In this document: positions 1 to 8,821 of the stretch, piece after piece
Layout: every line of letters starts with the position of its first letter
Numbering within the stretch: the first letter of the stretch is position 1
IMG/VR virus record: IMGVR_UViG_3300035682_000031
Location: 1,223-65,222 of that record
Strand: one strand, 5' to 3'
Source: a virus
Lineage: Duplodnaviria > Caudoviricetes
Length of the DNA: 64,000 nt
Made by a program: the position numbers and the translations under genes
Notes under the pieces: generated by a model
Told to the model about the DNA's origin: nothing
The model's input: the letters and a program-made list of their open reading frames with translations, nothing else
Databases searched by the model: none

Positions 1-37
1 GTGACGCCATCTTTTTTACTCTTTAGTCGTAACCACA

Positions 38-397
38 TTATTTCACCTCCTGTGTGGGGCTAATTAGCCCCTGTTGAATGTTACCGACGACTTGCTCAAC
101 AAACAAAGCCTCGGACTCGTTGGATACTGCTTTGCCTTCTTCTCGGATGAACTGCACCAGATGCACGGCCTCATGTGCGGCGGTCGCTTCAATCGAGTGA
201 TTGTGGCTCTGTGGTTCAGTTGACAAGATAATGCCCATACGCGGCCCTGTCTGAGTGCGCCATGCGTAACCGTTGATACGTCGATCAACATCTATGTGAT
301 GCCCTGTTTTACGCGCTACAGTCACACGCATTTTTGTGGTCAGATCAAACTCAACCAAACCCAAAACTGTTTTTATCGTGCTGCTAATTTCCTGCAT
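38..397 (-). CDS. hypothetical protein with HExxH motif (possible zincin-like metallopeptidase)
   Basis: 119-aa ORF with AAHEAVH and a downstream E (NESEA); part of a chain of overlapping minus-strand genes. Confidence 0.5.
   Translation of the reverse strand: MQEISSTIKTVLGLVEFDLTTKMRVTVARKTGHHIDVDRRINGYAWRTQTGPRMGIILSTEPQSHNHSIEATAAHEAVHLVQFIREEGKAVSNESEALFVEQVVGNIQQGLISPTQEVK
56..71. repeat. 16-bp palindrome GGGGCTAATTAGCCCC, copy 1
   Basis: Exact palindrome, 4 nt upstream of a minus-strand AGGAGGTG SD. Confidence 0.9.
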
Positions 398-702
398 AGT
401 GCCTCCAGTTCCGTTGTGTCATCCGAGACAATGAGGCAATGTCCGGACGCTTCTTCAATTTTAATGTGCTGTTGTAATTGCAACCCCGTGGCTCGACCGC
501 GACGCGCCTTGGCCTCAATCGCTAGGAAATGTCCGTTGATACAACAGATAAAATCAGGCACACCGATACGACTCATCGGGCCAGCTACGGGCATGAAGTG
601 CCACGCGTTGTGGGTGTCGAGAATTTCTTTGATCTTCGCTTTAACTTTGCCCTCGGGTGTCTTCGGCGCAGCGGGTTTGCTTGCCTTGGTATATAACCTC
701 AC
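373..702 (-). CDS. VRR-NUC domain endonuclease / Holliday junction resolvase-like
   Basis: PEGKVK...GVPDFICCINGHFLAIEAKA...LQLQQ, a PD-(D/E)xK pattern typical of phage VRR-NUC proteins. Confidence 0.8.
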   Translation of the reverse strand: MRLYTKASKPAAPKTPEGKVKAKIKEILDTHNAWHFMPVAGPMSRIGVPDFICCINGHFLAIEAKARRGRATGLQLQQHIKIEEASGHCLIVSDDTTELEALCRKLAAR

Positions 703-905
703 GGGGTTTCTCCGAGATACTTGATGCGAATGACTGCCGCAAAGTGTGGGTCGATCACACGGGACTGCTTGGGGTTCAAAGACAGATAACGCGATAGCGT
801 ACTGCGAGAAATGCTGTTGTCTTCTGCGAAAATACCAAGCGGCACCGCGCGATCCTCAACGATTTTACGCAGTTCTTGTGCGCTCATGGGTCGGAAGATG
901 TTCAT
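699..905 (-). CDS. small HTH DNA-binding protein (XRE-like)
   Basis: 68 aa with FAEDNSISRSTLSRYL helix-turn-helix pattern. Confidence 0.55.
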   Translation of the reverse strand: MNIFRPMSAQELRKIVEDRAVPLGIFAEDNSISRSTLSRYLSLNPKQSRVIDPHFAAVIRIKYLGETP

Positions 906-1153
906 AAACGATCCTTGAAAAACTGACTACACGTTACACCATTAGCGATCACTGCGTCGAGACCAACTACCCCGTATGTATTACCGAGCGCGTCGGTAAT
1001 GGCATTACCGTAATCCACGAACAGTCTAGTATTGTCTTCGTGACAAAAAATAGCGTGTAGCGCCTTCGCTTCCTCTTCGGATTCTACGCGGATAGAAAGC
1101 TGGAACGGTTCGAACCGAGGTTCTTGTGGAAGTTTTTGTTTTTCTGCTTTCAT
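902..1153 (-). CDS. hypothetical protein
   Basis: 83-aa ORF with AAGGA SD, overlapping the next gene by ATGA. Confidence 0.6.
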   Translation of the reverse strand: MKAEKQKLPQEPRFEPFQLSIRVESEEEAKALHAIFCHEDNTRLFVDYGNAITDALGNTYGVVGLDAVIANGVTCSQFFKDRL

Positions 1154-1226
1154 ACTATATCCTTTATAAAAATCCCACGCGACAAGGGGGGATGGGGTAT
1201 GCCGCGTGGGGGTACTACTTAATCAA

Positions 1227-1255
1227 ATTGTAACCTATGGTAAAGCGTGTGTCAA
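1227..1255 (-). promoter_or_regulatory. sigma70-type promoter
   Basis: TTGACA-17 nt-TACAAT on the minus strand; the GTAACCTAT motif overlaps the -10. Confidence 0.75.
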
Positions 1256-1373
1256 ACTAATTTAAACAGTGCCGACAGACACAGATTAAAAAATCCTAAT
1301 ACTATGGCAATGCTCGGCGGTGTCGCACGCGCCGTATAAATCATAGCTACTATATAAAAAATATCGGATGTGC

Positions 1374-2165
1374 TCACTTCACCACCTCAAAGTCAAATAA
1401 CGTATCGGCGCGTTGTTGTGCACCTGCTTTTGTTTTGTAGATCAGACCGTTTTGCAGTCGAATTCTATCGGCGCTATTATCAGTCCATATGTCATTGAAC
1501 ACTTTTGCTATACCAGGGCGCACGTCTAACGTCCAAAACAGACTCCCGTTGTTTGGTTTCTGTTCTTCCGGCGCTTCGATCACTTTGCCGCCCGTGATGA
1601 TCTGGCGTGGTTCTGGTTTGACGCGGTAAGTTGAATCCGTGTCTATGGTTCGGTCAGTGGCGTCACAACTAATCCATGAACTGCTATTGAACTTCATCTC
1701 AAGTCCGGCTTTACTTCCATACGCCAGCACCCACTCCGCCGCTTGCATAAACGTCAACTCCGTACCGGCTGGGTATGTTGGCTTGGCTGGTTCTTTCACG
1801 CGTGGTTGCGTCGGTGCATCTGGATTACGACGGTACTTATTAAACGTGACAAACGCGCCTTCCTTGAAAGGGCGTAAATCATTACAAGGAACCCAATATT
1901 CTTGGTCACTTGCTGATACTTCCCAATGCTTCCACGGCGCGTCGTAATCTAAGCAGTCTTGTTTATATTGATCTTCAAGACTTGGGAATGGAGGTGCGTC
2001 TGGGTTGCGGCGGTACTCTATTCCTCGTATCCAGCTCGGCTTTGATGGATACGCAAAATCTTTCCAGTGTTTCTTGCTGATACCTCTATATTGCCAGTTC
2101 TCAATCGCTTTCGGATTCACCGCATATTCTGCGTCGAACAGTTTTTTCAGGTCTTCGTGTGCCAT
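1374..2165 (-). CDS. modular hypothetical early protein
   Basis: 263 aa; repeated W..W...YRRNPDAP modules, a GxELTFMQ module, and a C-terminal module shared with the two neighbouring paralogs. Confidence 0.75.
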   Translation of the reverse strand: MAHEDLKKLFDAEYAVNPKAIENWQYRGISKKHWKDFAYPSKPSWIRGIEYRRNPDAPPFPSLEDQYKQDCLDYDAPWKHWEVSASDQEYWVPCNDLRPFKEGAFVTFNKYRRNPDAPTQPRVKEPAKPTYPAGTELTFMQAAEWVLAYGSKAGLEMKFNSSSWISCDATDRTIDTDSTYRVKPEPRQIITGGKVIEAPEEQKPNNGSLFWTLDVRPGIAKVFNDIWTDNSADRIRLQNGLIYKTKAGAQQRADTLFDFEVVK

Positions 2166-2167
2166 TT

Positions 2168-2410
2168 TTAATTCCTTTCTGTGAACCAGCGAGTTGGCAT
2201 GTGAAGTTCGACATCTTTGCCTGATAACGTATCCATCGAACTCAACGGCCAGACCACAGTGAAATCTTGTGGCTTGGTCATGTCGTCTTCGCCGTAATTC
2301 ATTTCATAGTCGATCTCATCCAAAATGGCGTCTACATCAACATTGCCTTTGACATGAGATCGAATCAGCGTGTGGGCTTGAACAAGCCCGTTGGGTGTGA
2401 ATGTTTTCAT
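2168..2410 (-). CDS. hypothetical protein
   Basis: 80-aa ORF coupled to its neighbours. Confidence 0.6.
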   Translation of the reverse strand: MKTFTPNGLVQAHTLIRSHVKGNVDVDAILDEIDYEMNYGEDDMTKPQDFTVVWPLSSMDTLSGKDVELHMPTRWFTERN

Positions 2411-2853
2411 AAGAATGCTCCTTCAATCGCTGTTGTATACGCGACACAGTCTTGCTCGTTTAAAAACACCATACCGGCGCTGAGTCGAATCAGATCTTCG
2501 TCGTCACCGGTCCACCTTGTCTTAATATATTTATGTGTTGATCCTACGTTCGGCCAGAAGTAACAGATGCCGCGCGCCGGCGCTGCGGTTTCGCCGATGG
2601 GTACGTCTACGACGAGCCGTCGAGTTGCCGTTGGACTTTTTCGATATTGGGCAGTCAGTGAGATGCTGGATGAACCCTTGGCTTGTGGGTACCATAATGT
2701 ACCGTGCATGTTCTGTCGTTCCAAGCCGAACAAATCACCGTGTTCACAGTAGTATGCGAGTACTTCTTCGAGCGCCATAACAGGGTTCTCATTTGCCCCT
2801 CTAGCGTTGAAATTACGCCGCTCGAACCATTGTTTAATCCGTTTAATCATCAT
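2407..2853 (-). CDS. modular hypothetical early protein (paralog)
   Basis: Likely start MMIKRIK at 2853; C-terminal AP..G..YFW...W.GD..D...L..G.VF module shared with 1374-2165 and 2843-3481. Confidence 0.65.
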   Translation of the reverse strand: MMIKRIKQWFERRNFNARGANENPVMALEEVLAYYCEHGDLFGLERQNMHGTLWYPQAKGSSSISLTAQYRKSPTATRRLVVDVPIGETAAPARGICYFWPNVGSTHKYIKTRWTGDDEDLIRLSAGMVFLNEQDCVAYTTAIEGAFL

Positions 2854-3481
2854 TCGCCCCCACGATTGCATCAAAGTGTGCCCGTGCTGCGCCTTCGGTT
2901 CGGTGGACAAAGCCACGTTTCAATAGGTTATGATCGATAATGTCATCACCCCATTCGCATCTGGTCACGGCGGGTTCGTGTCCGAGTCTAATTGTCCAAT
3001 AACGAGCTCCCCGAACCAGTACGTCCGCCTGCGGTGCTGGATACTCACGACCATTGATCGCGCGCATTTTTTGTGGTTCGACTCGATAAGCTATCCCCCT
3101 ACTCACCACATGGGATGGAGTACATTCAATCCACTCGTCATACAAATTGCTGAAAAACTGTAGCCCCGTCTTATCACCATGCGTATCAATCCACTGCGCC
3201 ACTTGCATGAACGTCAACTCTTGGCCGGGTTTGAACTCACATTTGTCTTGTGCGTGTCGCACCGCCATAATGTCATAGTCGCTGGGCTGTCCGTCCCATC
3301 GAAAGCCGATCTCTGTGTACCAGAACGCGTAGCGATGACCTATCTTGACCCAAACTGGGTATGTGTTGGTTCCCTTTAATCGTTCTATGGATGATACGAC
3401 ATGTTCCGATCCGTCTCGGAGTATGACCGTATCACCAGCAGCGACGGGTGTATCTACACCGTTTAGATTAAGTGTTGCCAT
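2843..3481 (-). CDS. modular hypothetical early protein (paralog)
   Basis: 212 aa; shares the GQELTFMQ module and the C-terminal module with 1374-2165; GGGAGA SD. Confidence 0.75.
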   Translation of the reverse strand: MATLNLNGVDTPVAAGDTVILRDGSEHVVSSIERLKGTNTYPVWVKIGHRYAFWYTEIGFRWDGQPSDYDIMAVRHAQDKCEFKPGQELTFMQVAQWIDTHGDKTGLQFFSNLYDEWIECTPSHVVSRGIAYRVEPQKMRAINGREYPAPQADVLVRGARYWTIRLGHEPAVTRCEWGDDIIDHNLLKRGFVHRTEGAARAHFDAIVGANDD

Positions 3482-3500
3482 TTTCTGTTTCTCCCAGTTA

Positions 3501-3516
3501 GGGGCTAATTAGCCCC
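3501..3516. repeat. 16-bp palindrome GGGGCTAATTAGCCCC, copy 2
   Basis: Exact; 5 nt upstream of the SD of 2843-3481. Confidence 0.9.
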
Positions 3517-3691
3517 GCCAGTTCAATTTAAAAGTCTCGTTGCCAATGTGACACGTCTTCTGTTTGCGATGCGGCTGTGCGTCGTCCGCAGGCCACCTAT
3601 GGTATTCCTGAGTGCGCGCTGCGTCAAGGTAGGCGATGATGTCGTTACAGGTTCTCAACATTTCGTCGTGTTTAAGATACAAGGTTCTCAT
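3509..3691 (-). CDS. hypothetical protein
   Basis: 60-aa ORF with GAGGG SD; its stop codon lies inside the palindrome. Confidence 0.5.
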   Translation of the reverse strand: MRTLYLKHDEMLRTCNDIIAYLDAARTQEYHRWPADDAQPHRKQKTCHIGNETFKLNWRG

Positions 3692-3847
3692 TCGTGACCC
3701 TCTCGTAAGTGTTCCTCAATAAAATAATTCAGCGTTTCCCACGTAACGCCATAATTGCAATCATGTCGCTGTTCAACGCGCGTCAGAATCCATTGGGCTT
3801 CCCAGTCCTCAAGTGGTCTATCACCGTACATATCTGCGTAGACGATG

Positions 3848-4108
3848 TCAAGCATCGTCTACGCCCCAAACCACGGCGATCTTGCTGCCATGCTCATAAA
3901 AATCTGAGATGTTTACGGGCGCGATAAAGGTCATCGCCCGCGCCAACTCCTCCTCGCTATATAAATGATCACCCACATAGCGATACCCTTCATCATCGGC
4001 TGGGCCGGCTTGTAACAGTTCGCCATTGATGCACACGATGTACATATCCGCGTATGGCAACTCGCTCAGTGGTTTTTCTGGGTTGCGCATCTCGATAAGT
4101 GTTGTCAT
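3848..4108 (-). CDS. hypothetical protein
   Basis: 86 aa, GAGGA SD. Confidence 0.6.
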   Translation of the reverse strand: MTTLIEMRNPEKPLSELPYADMYIVCINGELLQAGPADDEGYRYVGDHLYSEEELARAMTFIAPVNISDFYEHGSKIAVVWGVDDA

Positions 4109-4374
4109 AATATTTCCTCTAAGGCGTCGATCCAGTCTTCGATCATTTGCTTCACTTGGTCACGATTTCCTTCGTTCAAAAGGTCTTTCATTTCGCGTAG
4201 AAAAGTCCAATCGTGAAGCGCAGTATGCGGGCTTTTTGACGCGTGTCGGTTGTTTTCAATCGCCCATGCAATGCCATGTCGAAACACATCTGATAGTTGA
4301 CTTGGTGTGCCAATATCTAAGCCATGAGCTTCAAGCCCCGCCTCTTCAAGTTCGGTCAAAGGTTTTTTGTTCAT
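4105..4374 (-). CDS. hypothetical protein
   Basis: 89 aa, ATGA overlaps on both sides. Confidence 0.6.
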   Translation of the reverse strand: MNKKPLTELEEAGLEAHGLDIGTPSQLSDVFRHGIAWAIENNRHASKSPHTALHDWTFLREMKDLLNEGNRDQVKQMIEDWIDALEEIL

Positions 4375-4637
4375 GACCTATCCTCGTTATCCGATTTATT
4401 TTTACCCCAATAATTTATGCAAAAAGGGCAAACCCATCCATGCTTGGTTAATTCCCAACCGCATCTTTTTAATTCGACCGAGATGTATCGAGCCGTAGAA
4501 TTAAGATCTTTGTAAGTATCGTTTGCAAGCATTCCGCCGCCCACGTTGTCATGTGACCAACAAGTTTCATCTCCGCTCCATTTCTTAGTCGGAGCATCAC
4601 TTGATTTTTCACATCGCACTTCAATCCACCATGCCAT
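4371..4637 (-). CDS. hypothetical protein, possible zinc-binding
   Basis: Likely start MAWWIEVRC; C...C and GW...WVCPFC pattern. Confidence 0.5.
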   Translation of the reverse strand: MAWWIEVRCEKSSDAPTKKWSGDETCWSHDNVGGGMLANDTYKDLNSTARYISVELKRCGWELTKHGWVCPFCINYWGKNKSDNEDRS

Positions 4638-4683
4638 TACCCACCATCCTTTCCTGTTAAAATAGAGCGGTGAACCACCCGTA

Positions 4684-5550
4684 TCATTTTTGCGTCTTGA
4701 GTACGGCAATAAGCACATCTGCTTCTGTTTCCCATGCCGCCGACCGTGCCGAATCTGCCGCCGACTGTACCGACGACCATGCCGCCGACTGTGCCGACTG
4801 TGCCGACTGTGCCGACCATGCCGCCGACTGTGCCAACCATGCCGCAGAATATACCGACTCTACCGCCGACCATGCCGACGACCATGCCGCCGAATATCCC
4901 GAATCTGCCGCCGACTGTGCCGCCGACTGTGCCGCCGACTGTGCCGACTGTGCCGCCGAATATGCCGAATCTGCCGCCGACCGCGCCGCCAAATTTGCCG
5001 CCAACTGTACCGGCCGTGCCGCCGACCGCGCCGCCGAATATCCCGAATCTGCCGCCGACCGCGCCGCCGACTCTACCGCCGACTGTGCCGCCGATCGCCT
5101 TGAATCGTCATTCGCTCCAGCCTCCAGCCAATCAATTACATTTTGAAGAGACGACCGGCATTGTTCCGCGTAGTGCTCTTCGTTGTCTTTTAATAAAACA
5201 AGACTTCGCTTATGACGCTCAACCGCGACTTGTCGCCAAACATCATTTAAATCAGCACCTTCTGGGATAGCGTTGAGAATCTCAAGCGTCAAGCCCTTCC
5301 GTCGCTCAGGCGTAACACCTTCGAATGTTCTTTCAAACAACATGGCAAGGTGCTCAGGTATGCCGAAAAGTTCCTCAAAATCCTTATGGTTTCCATTGGC
5401 CATGCAGCCGACTAGGCAGCCTTTAAATTCGGCAGTGCCATATTCACCTTTCCCGTATGTACCCGCCAGAAACGCATCGGCATCATAATGTAGCTGAGCC
5501 AAGCGCAATGCGCTTTCTTTGGTGTGTGTCGTGTTTGTAAACGCTTTCAT
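4684..5550 (-). CDS. phage protein with Ser/Ala-rich (SAAx) repeat C-terminus
   Basis: 288 aa; globular N-terminus (GCLVGC) followed by SAAQ/SAAW/SAAD repeats. Confidence 0.8.
   Translation of the reverse strand: MKAFTNTTHTKESALRLAQLHYDADAFLAGTYGKGEYGTAEFKGCLVGCMANGNHKDFEELFGIPEHLAMLFERTFEGVTPERRKGLTLEILNAIPEGADLNDVWRQVAVERHKRSLVLLKDNEEHYAEQCRSSLQNVIDWLEAGANDDSRRSAAQSAVESAARSAADSGYSAARSAARPVQLAANLAARSAADSAYSAAQSAQSAAQSAAQSAADSGYSAAWSSAWSAVESVYSAAWLAQSAAWSAQSAQSAQSAAWSSVQSAADSARSAAWETEADVLIAVLKTQK
4735..5095. repeat. imperfect 9/12-nt tandem repeats (GCCGACTGT / GCCGCCGACTGT)
   Basis: Directly visible; encodes the SAAx repeats and creates shadow ORFs on the + strand. Confidence 0.9.
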
Positions 5551-5816
5551 GATTTTCCTAAACTGGCGATCAACGCCTGACGTTCTTTTTCGACTTGCTG
5601 TGGGTCAATGTCTAACGCCTCCATGATGAGGTCATCCTCGTTTTTATATGTCGGATAATATAGCCAGTCGCCCGAGACATTATTAGTTTCCTCACACAAT
5701 ATGAAACCGCGTCCGCGTAAATATTCCAAAAAGTTTTGGATTATCATGCGTTCTGAGTGCGCGGCGCTGAGTTTGTCGAGTTCGGGATACTCGGCTGGTT
5801 TATTTTCGGTCGCCAT
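5547..5816 (-). CDS. hypothetical protein
   Basis: Likely start MATENK at 5816 with GAGG SD. Confidence 0.6.
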   Translation of the reverse strand: MATENKPAEYPELDKLSAAHSERMIIQNFLEYLRGRGFILCEETNNVSGDWLYYPTYKNEDDLIMEALDIDPQQVEKERQALIASLGKS

Positions 5817-5907
5817 CTTGTGCCTCTCGGTTAAGTTTTTCAATACTAGATAAAATTTCCATCAACTCGTATCGCGTCAAGTTGTGCATTTCAATAAGTG
5901 TTGTCAT
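5800..5907 (-). CDS. small hypothetical protein (35 aa, not in ORF track)
   Basis: MTTLIEMHNL...GDRK with AAAGGA SD; same N-terminus as 3848-4108. Confidence 0.5.
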   Translation of the reverse strand: MTTLIEMHNLTRYELMEILSSIEKLNREAQDGDRK

Positions 5908-5925
5908 ATCAATTTCCTTTATGGG

Positions 5926-6132
5926 TTAGAGTTCTTCGCAGTCACGCAAGACTACGTCAATCACTTGAAGCTGAGGTGTCGCTGTTGTCTCAACCATGCG
6001 GACGTACCCAATCAGTCGGCTGCGGTCTTCCCGCCGTAGTGTAAATTTCTCGCCAATACATGGCACGCGCGTGACGGTGCATTTGTCGTATACGTCCGGT
6101 TTTTGATTATTAAATATGTTAATTTCAATCAT
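5926..6132 (-). CDS. hypothetical protein
   Basis: 68 aa, AGGAGA SD, RVPCIGE motif. Confidence 0.6.
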   Translation of the reverse strand: MIEINIFNNQKPDVYDKCTVTRVPCIGEKFTLRREDRSRLIGYVRMVETTATPQLQVIDVVLRDCEEL

Positions 6133-6133
6133 A

Positions 6134-6430
6134 TCAATCTCCTATTGATTCTAAATACTCGATCATGTGATCAATCCACGCGAGTCGAGTATTTTTCAAT
6201 TTTTCATCACTGTAGTCAAAAACCAGAATGCCATGATGATCAAAAAGCCAATTAGCAAGGCAATACATACTGTCTCCACCTCCCAACTGTGCGTCGATAA
6301 ACCCTTTTGTTTTTACCATATCTACCATACCGATCTGCATCTCGACAATAGCGTCACAAAGGAACCGATTACGGCGGTCTTCGATCCTCGGTCTCGCCAA
6401 CTTTAAAACCTCTGAGATTCTCATAACCAC
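6134..6430 (-). CDS. hypothetical protein
   Basis: About 96-98 aa ORF in the gene chain. Confidence 0.6.
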   Translation of the reverse strand: MVMRISEVLKLARPRIEDRRNRFLCDAIVEMQIGMVDMVKTKGFIDAQLGGGDSMYCLANWLFDHHGILVFDYSDEKLKNTRLAWIDHMIEYLESIGD

Positions 6431-6903
6431 TCCTGTTTCAGCGCGTAGCCACCATCGTTATCCCAGCCGCTTGTGTCGCCGTTGCGTCCAATCCCTTTGT
6501 AACCCTGCGAGTGTGCAACACTGGCGGCGTGTTTTGATGATGGGTAATAATCTGGGGTTGGTACTAAAACAATATCACTTGGTTTGTCTGCGATTGTGTC
6601 TCGCATACGCACACCGAACCCATCGGGGTACATGTGGCTAGACAGGTTGTAAACTGTGGCAAAACCCATATCCGTCCCGCTGCCATGAATTATCAAACCT
6701 TGAGTCGACGGAGGTCGTTTAAGTCCGCAAATAATAGACACCCAATAGTCAATATTCACTGGCTTGCCGTCCTGCATGATAACGAACGAAATGCGTCGCA
6801 ATCCACCACTCGGCGCACAGTAGCGCAGGATGGTGTAAACGGTGGAGTGTGGCGTTACGCCCATGCCTTTTAATTCTTGAATTGCTTGCTCTTTGGTTGT
6901 CAT
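6421..6903 (-). CDS. hypothetical phage protein
   Basis: 160 aa; VYTILR..SG..RRISF and G.GTDMGF..VY.LS motifs. Confidence 0.7.
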   Translation of the reverse strand: MTTKEQAIQELKGMGVTPHSTVYTILRYCAPSGGLRRISFVIMQDGKPVNIDYWVSIICGLKRPPSTQGLIIHGSGTDMGFATVYNLSSHMYPDGFGVRMRDTIADKPSDIVLVPTPDYYPSSKHAASVAHSQGYKGIGRNGDTSGWDNDGGYALKQEWL

Positions 6904-6915
6904 GATTTTTCCTTT

Positions 6916-6931
6916 GGGGCTAAGTAGCCCC
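6916..6931. repeat. palindrome copy 3 (GGGGCTAAGTAGCCCC)
   Basis: One mismatch in the centre; abuts the SD of 6421-6903. Confidence 0.85.
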
Positions 6932-7249
6932 GTTCAAATAACAATAATATTGGACGATGAAAAATAAAATAACCAACGTCACGATACCATACCACATCCA
7001 TAAATCGGGTTCCGGTGCTGGGTCAACCACTACGTCGAAATGCTCCGGTAACATCACAATCGGTCGTCCAATGCCGTCAAGCGTCTGACTTACACTGAGC
7101 CACAAAACAAAACAATCTGAGTGCGCAAACTCGTCCGCGCGGTGTTGTGCTTGGTTATAAACCACGTCTCGACGCGTTGATGGCTTAATATGCGCGTCCA
7201 ACACCGAGTTAATGTGGGCAATGCCACGCTTGTTTAATTCGTAGTTCAT
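6920..7249 (-). CDS. hypothetical protein with C-terminal transmembrane helix
   Basis: LWMWYGIVTLVILFFIVQYY hydrophobic tail. Confidence 0.6.
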   Translation of the reverse strand: MNYELNKRGIAHINSVLDAHIKPSTRRDVVYNQAQHRADEFAHSDCFVLWLSVSQTLDGIGRPIVMLPEHFDVVVDPAPEPDLWMWYGIVTLVILFFIVQYYCYLNGAT

Positions 7250-7626
7250 TCTTCGTCCCCAATGTCCATCGCGCAGTTATTGATAATATCTTCAATCTCA
7301 AACGAACGTAATTCTATAGCGATTTCTTTTATGCGCTCCAATGCAGCAACGGGCACTAAAACATGCGTACTCTTTTCCTCATCATCCCCTTTGCGCCATG
7401 CGTAGTAATCGTCCGAAGCGTGGTTGTACTGCGAAACCGGTACACAAATGTACGTTAGCGTTGTGGGAGTCGAGCAGTAGTCAAGCGGTGCTAAATAGCC
7501 CTTGTATTTGTCCTCTTCCGCATCCGTGAAGTACTCGAAGTCGGGGCTAACCATACGCTTGCTGGCTTTCTCAAGTGTCACGTCGTAACCGAGTGACTTC
7601 ATGTGGTCTAGCGTGCCATCTAACAT
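7246..7626 (-). CDS. hypothetical protein
   Basis: 126 aa, AAAGGA SD. Confidence 0.65.
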   Translation of the reverse strand: MLDGTLDHMKSLGYDVTLEKASKRMVSPDFEYFTDAEEDKYKGYLAPLDYCSTPTTLTYICVPVSQYNHASDDYYAWRKGDDEEKSTHVLVPVAALERIKEIAIELRSFEIEDIINNCAMDIGDEE

Positions 7627-7750
7627 GATAATTCCTTTCTGATCAAGCGTTGCATTTCATTGAACGCCGGAGCGCACAGGCTTACGCCTTTCACGATGCA
7701 ATAATATAACCCGTCGCCATGTTTATAAATCTTTTGGTTGCGATAGAGTC

Positions 7751-8080
7751 TCATAACGTCGGTTCTTTATTCGTGTGCGGCAATGAGTAATCGAGTGCCT
7801 TATCATTTGTATATCGAATCTGAGTGCGCAGCGCCGCAATTGTCTCATCGCTAAAACCGTCGGTACACAAGAATGGCGCTACCCGTAGGCTGCCGTCGAT
7901 ATTTGTGATCGAAATAATCAAGCCGCTTGCCATCATGCGGTCGCGGTTACAACTGCCCAGTTGATCGTGAGCAATACGTAGACTCGCGCATCTACTTGCA
8001 CGCAGTTCCGCGATGGTTGCCTCGAGTCTTGCCCGTGTGAGTTTTTGTGGTTTCACGCTATTTCTCCTTGCTCCAAACAA
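7751..8080 (-). CDS. hypothetical protein
   Basis: About 100-aa ORF; true start probably near 8056. Confidence 0.5.
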   Translation of the reverse strand: MFGARRNSVKPQKLTRARLEATIAELRASRCASLRIAHDQLGSCNRDRMMASGLIISITNIDGSLRVAPFLCTDGFSDETIAALRTQIRYTNDKALDYSLPHTNKEPTL

Positions 8081-8268
8081 AATTCACAAGCATGGCAAGA
8101 AAAACAGCTTGCACAACCGCACCCGTCCTCAGTGTCGCCACACGAGCAGCAGCTAAATAAAAATTCGCACGTTGTTCCCTCTTTGACGTAGATACAATTT
8201 GAAGTCTCTAAAATGCGCCGTTTGTATTCTGCCGCTCGGATGGCGGTTTTATTTCGTGAGTTGCTCAT
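8053..8268 (-). CDS. small Cys-rich protein
   Basis: 71 aa with CCSC...CGCASCFSCHACEFC. Confidence 0.6.
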   Translation of the reverse strand: MSNSRNKTAIRAAEYKRRILETSNCIYVKEGTTCEFLFSCCSCGDTEDGCGCASCFSCHACEFCLEQGEIA

Positions 8269-8278
8269 ATTGTTCCCC

Positions 8279-8635
8279 TTACTGCCAGTAATAAGTCACG
8301 CCATCAACGTCGATGGTCGAATAGTCTTGCGCCATTGCTGCTGCCACACCTTCCCAGTCGATGCAGTTTTTGACAAAATCGGGGATTTCGCGCATGTCGT
8401 AACAGTCTTCAACCATGTCTTGGCAATAATATTCCCAATTATATTCGCTGATTAAAGTCTCGACGTTGTATCGGTCTGCTTCGTCGATAATGGTTTGCAA
8501 CATTGCAAATTCTTCGCCGTATTCGGTTGCCCATTCGTCAATCTCGTCGCGCATGTCCGCAAGTTTATTGAACCGTTCGCGCAGGTCGTCGATTGAATAG
8601 GTGTCTTGGTTGTTTCTAAATTCTTTGGTTGTCAT
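8279..8635 (-). CDS. acidic ArdA-like antirestriction protein (putative)
   Basis: Very acidic; C-terminus YCQDMVEDCY...IPDFVKNCIDWEGVA..M..D resembles the ArdA C-terminal domain. Confidence 0.55.
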   Translation of the reverse strand: MTTKEFRNNQDTYSIDDLRERFNKLADMRDEIDEWATEYGEEFAMLQTIIDEADRYNVETLISEYNWEYYCQDMVEDCYDMREIPDFVKNCIDWEGVAAAMAQDYSTIDVDGVTYYWQ

Positions 8636-8821
8636 GATTTTTTCCTTAGTGCTCAATGTACTTCTCGCCAACGTATAATGTACGTGCGAGTTTTGGGTGT
8701 TTGACTGTATTAAACGGTACTATTAGTGCATCGTGGTTATTCTGCACATAGTGCAATGCGTCTCCATGTCGCATAAATATCGCCAAAATAACATGCGTCG
8801 TTGCGTCAATGATCGGATATA

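Noticed and set aside
4637-5270. Low-complexity ORFs 4670-5146, 4690-5103, 4734-5270 (+) and 4637-4885 (-)
   Set aside because: They are shadows of the tandem repeat in 4684-5550, with no SD and mostly against the local gene direction.
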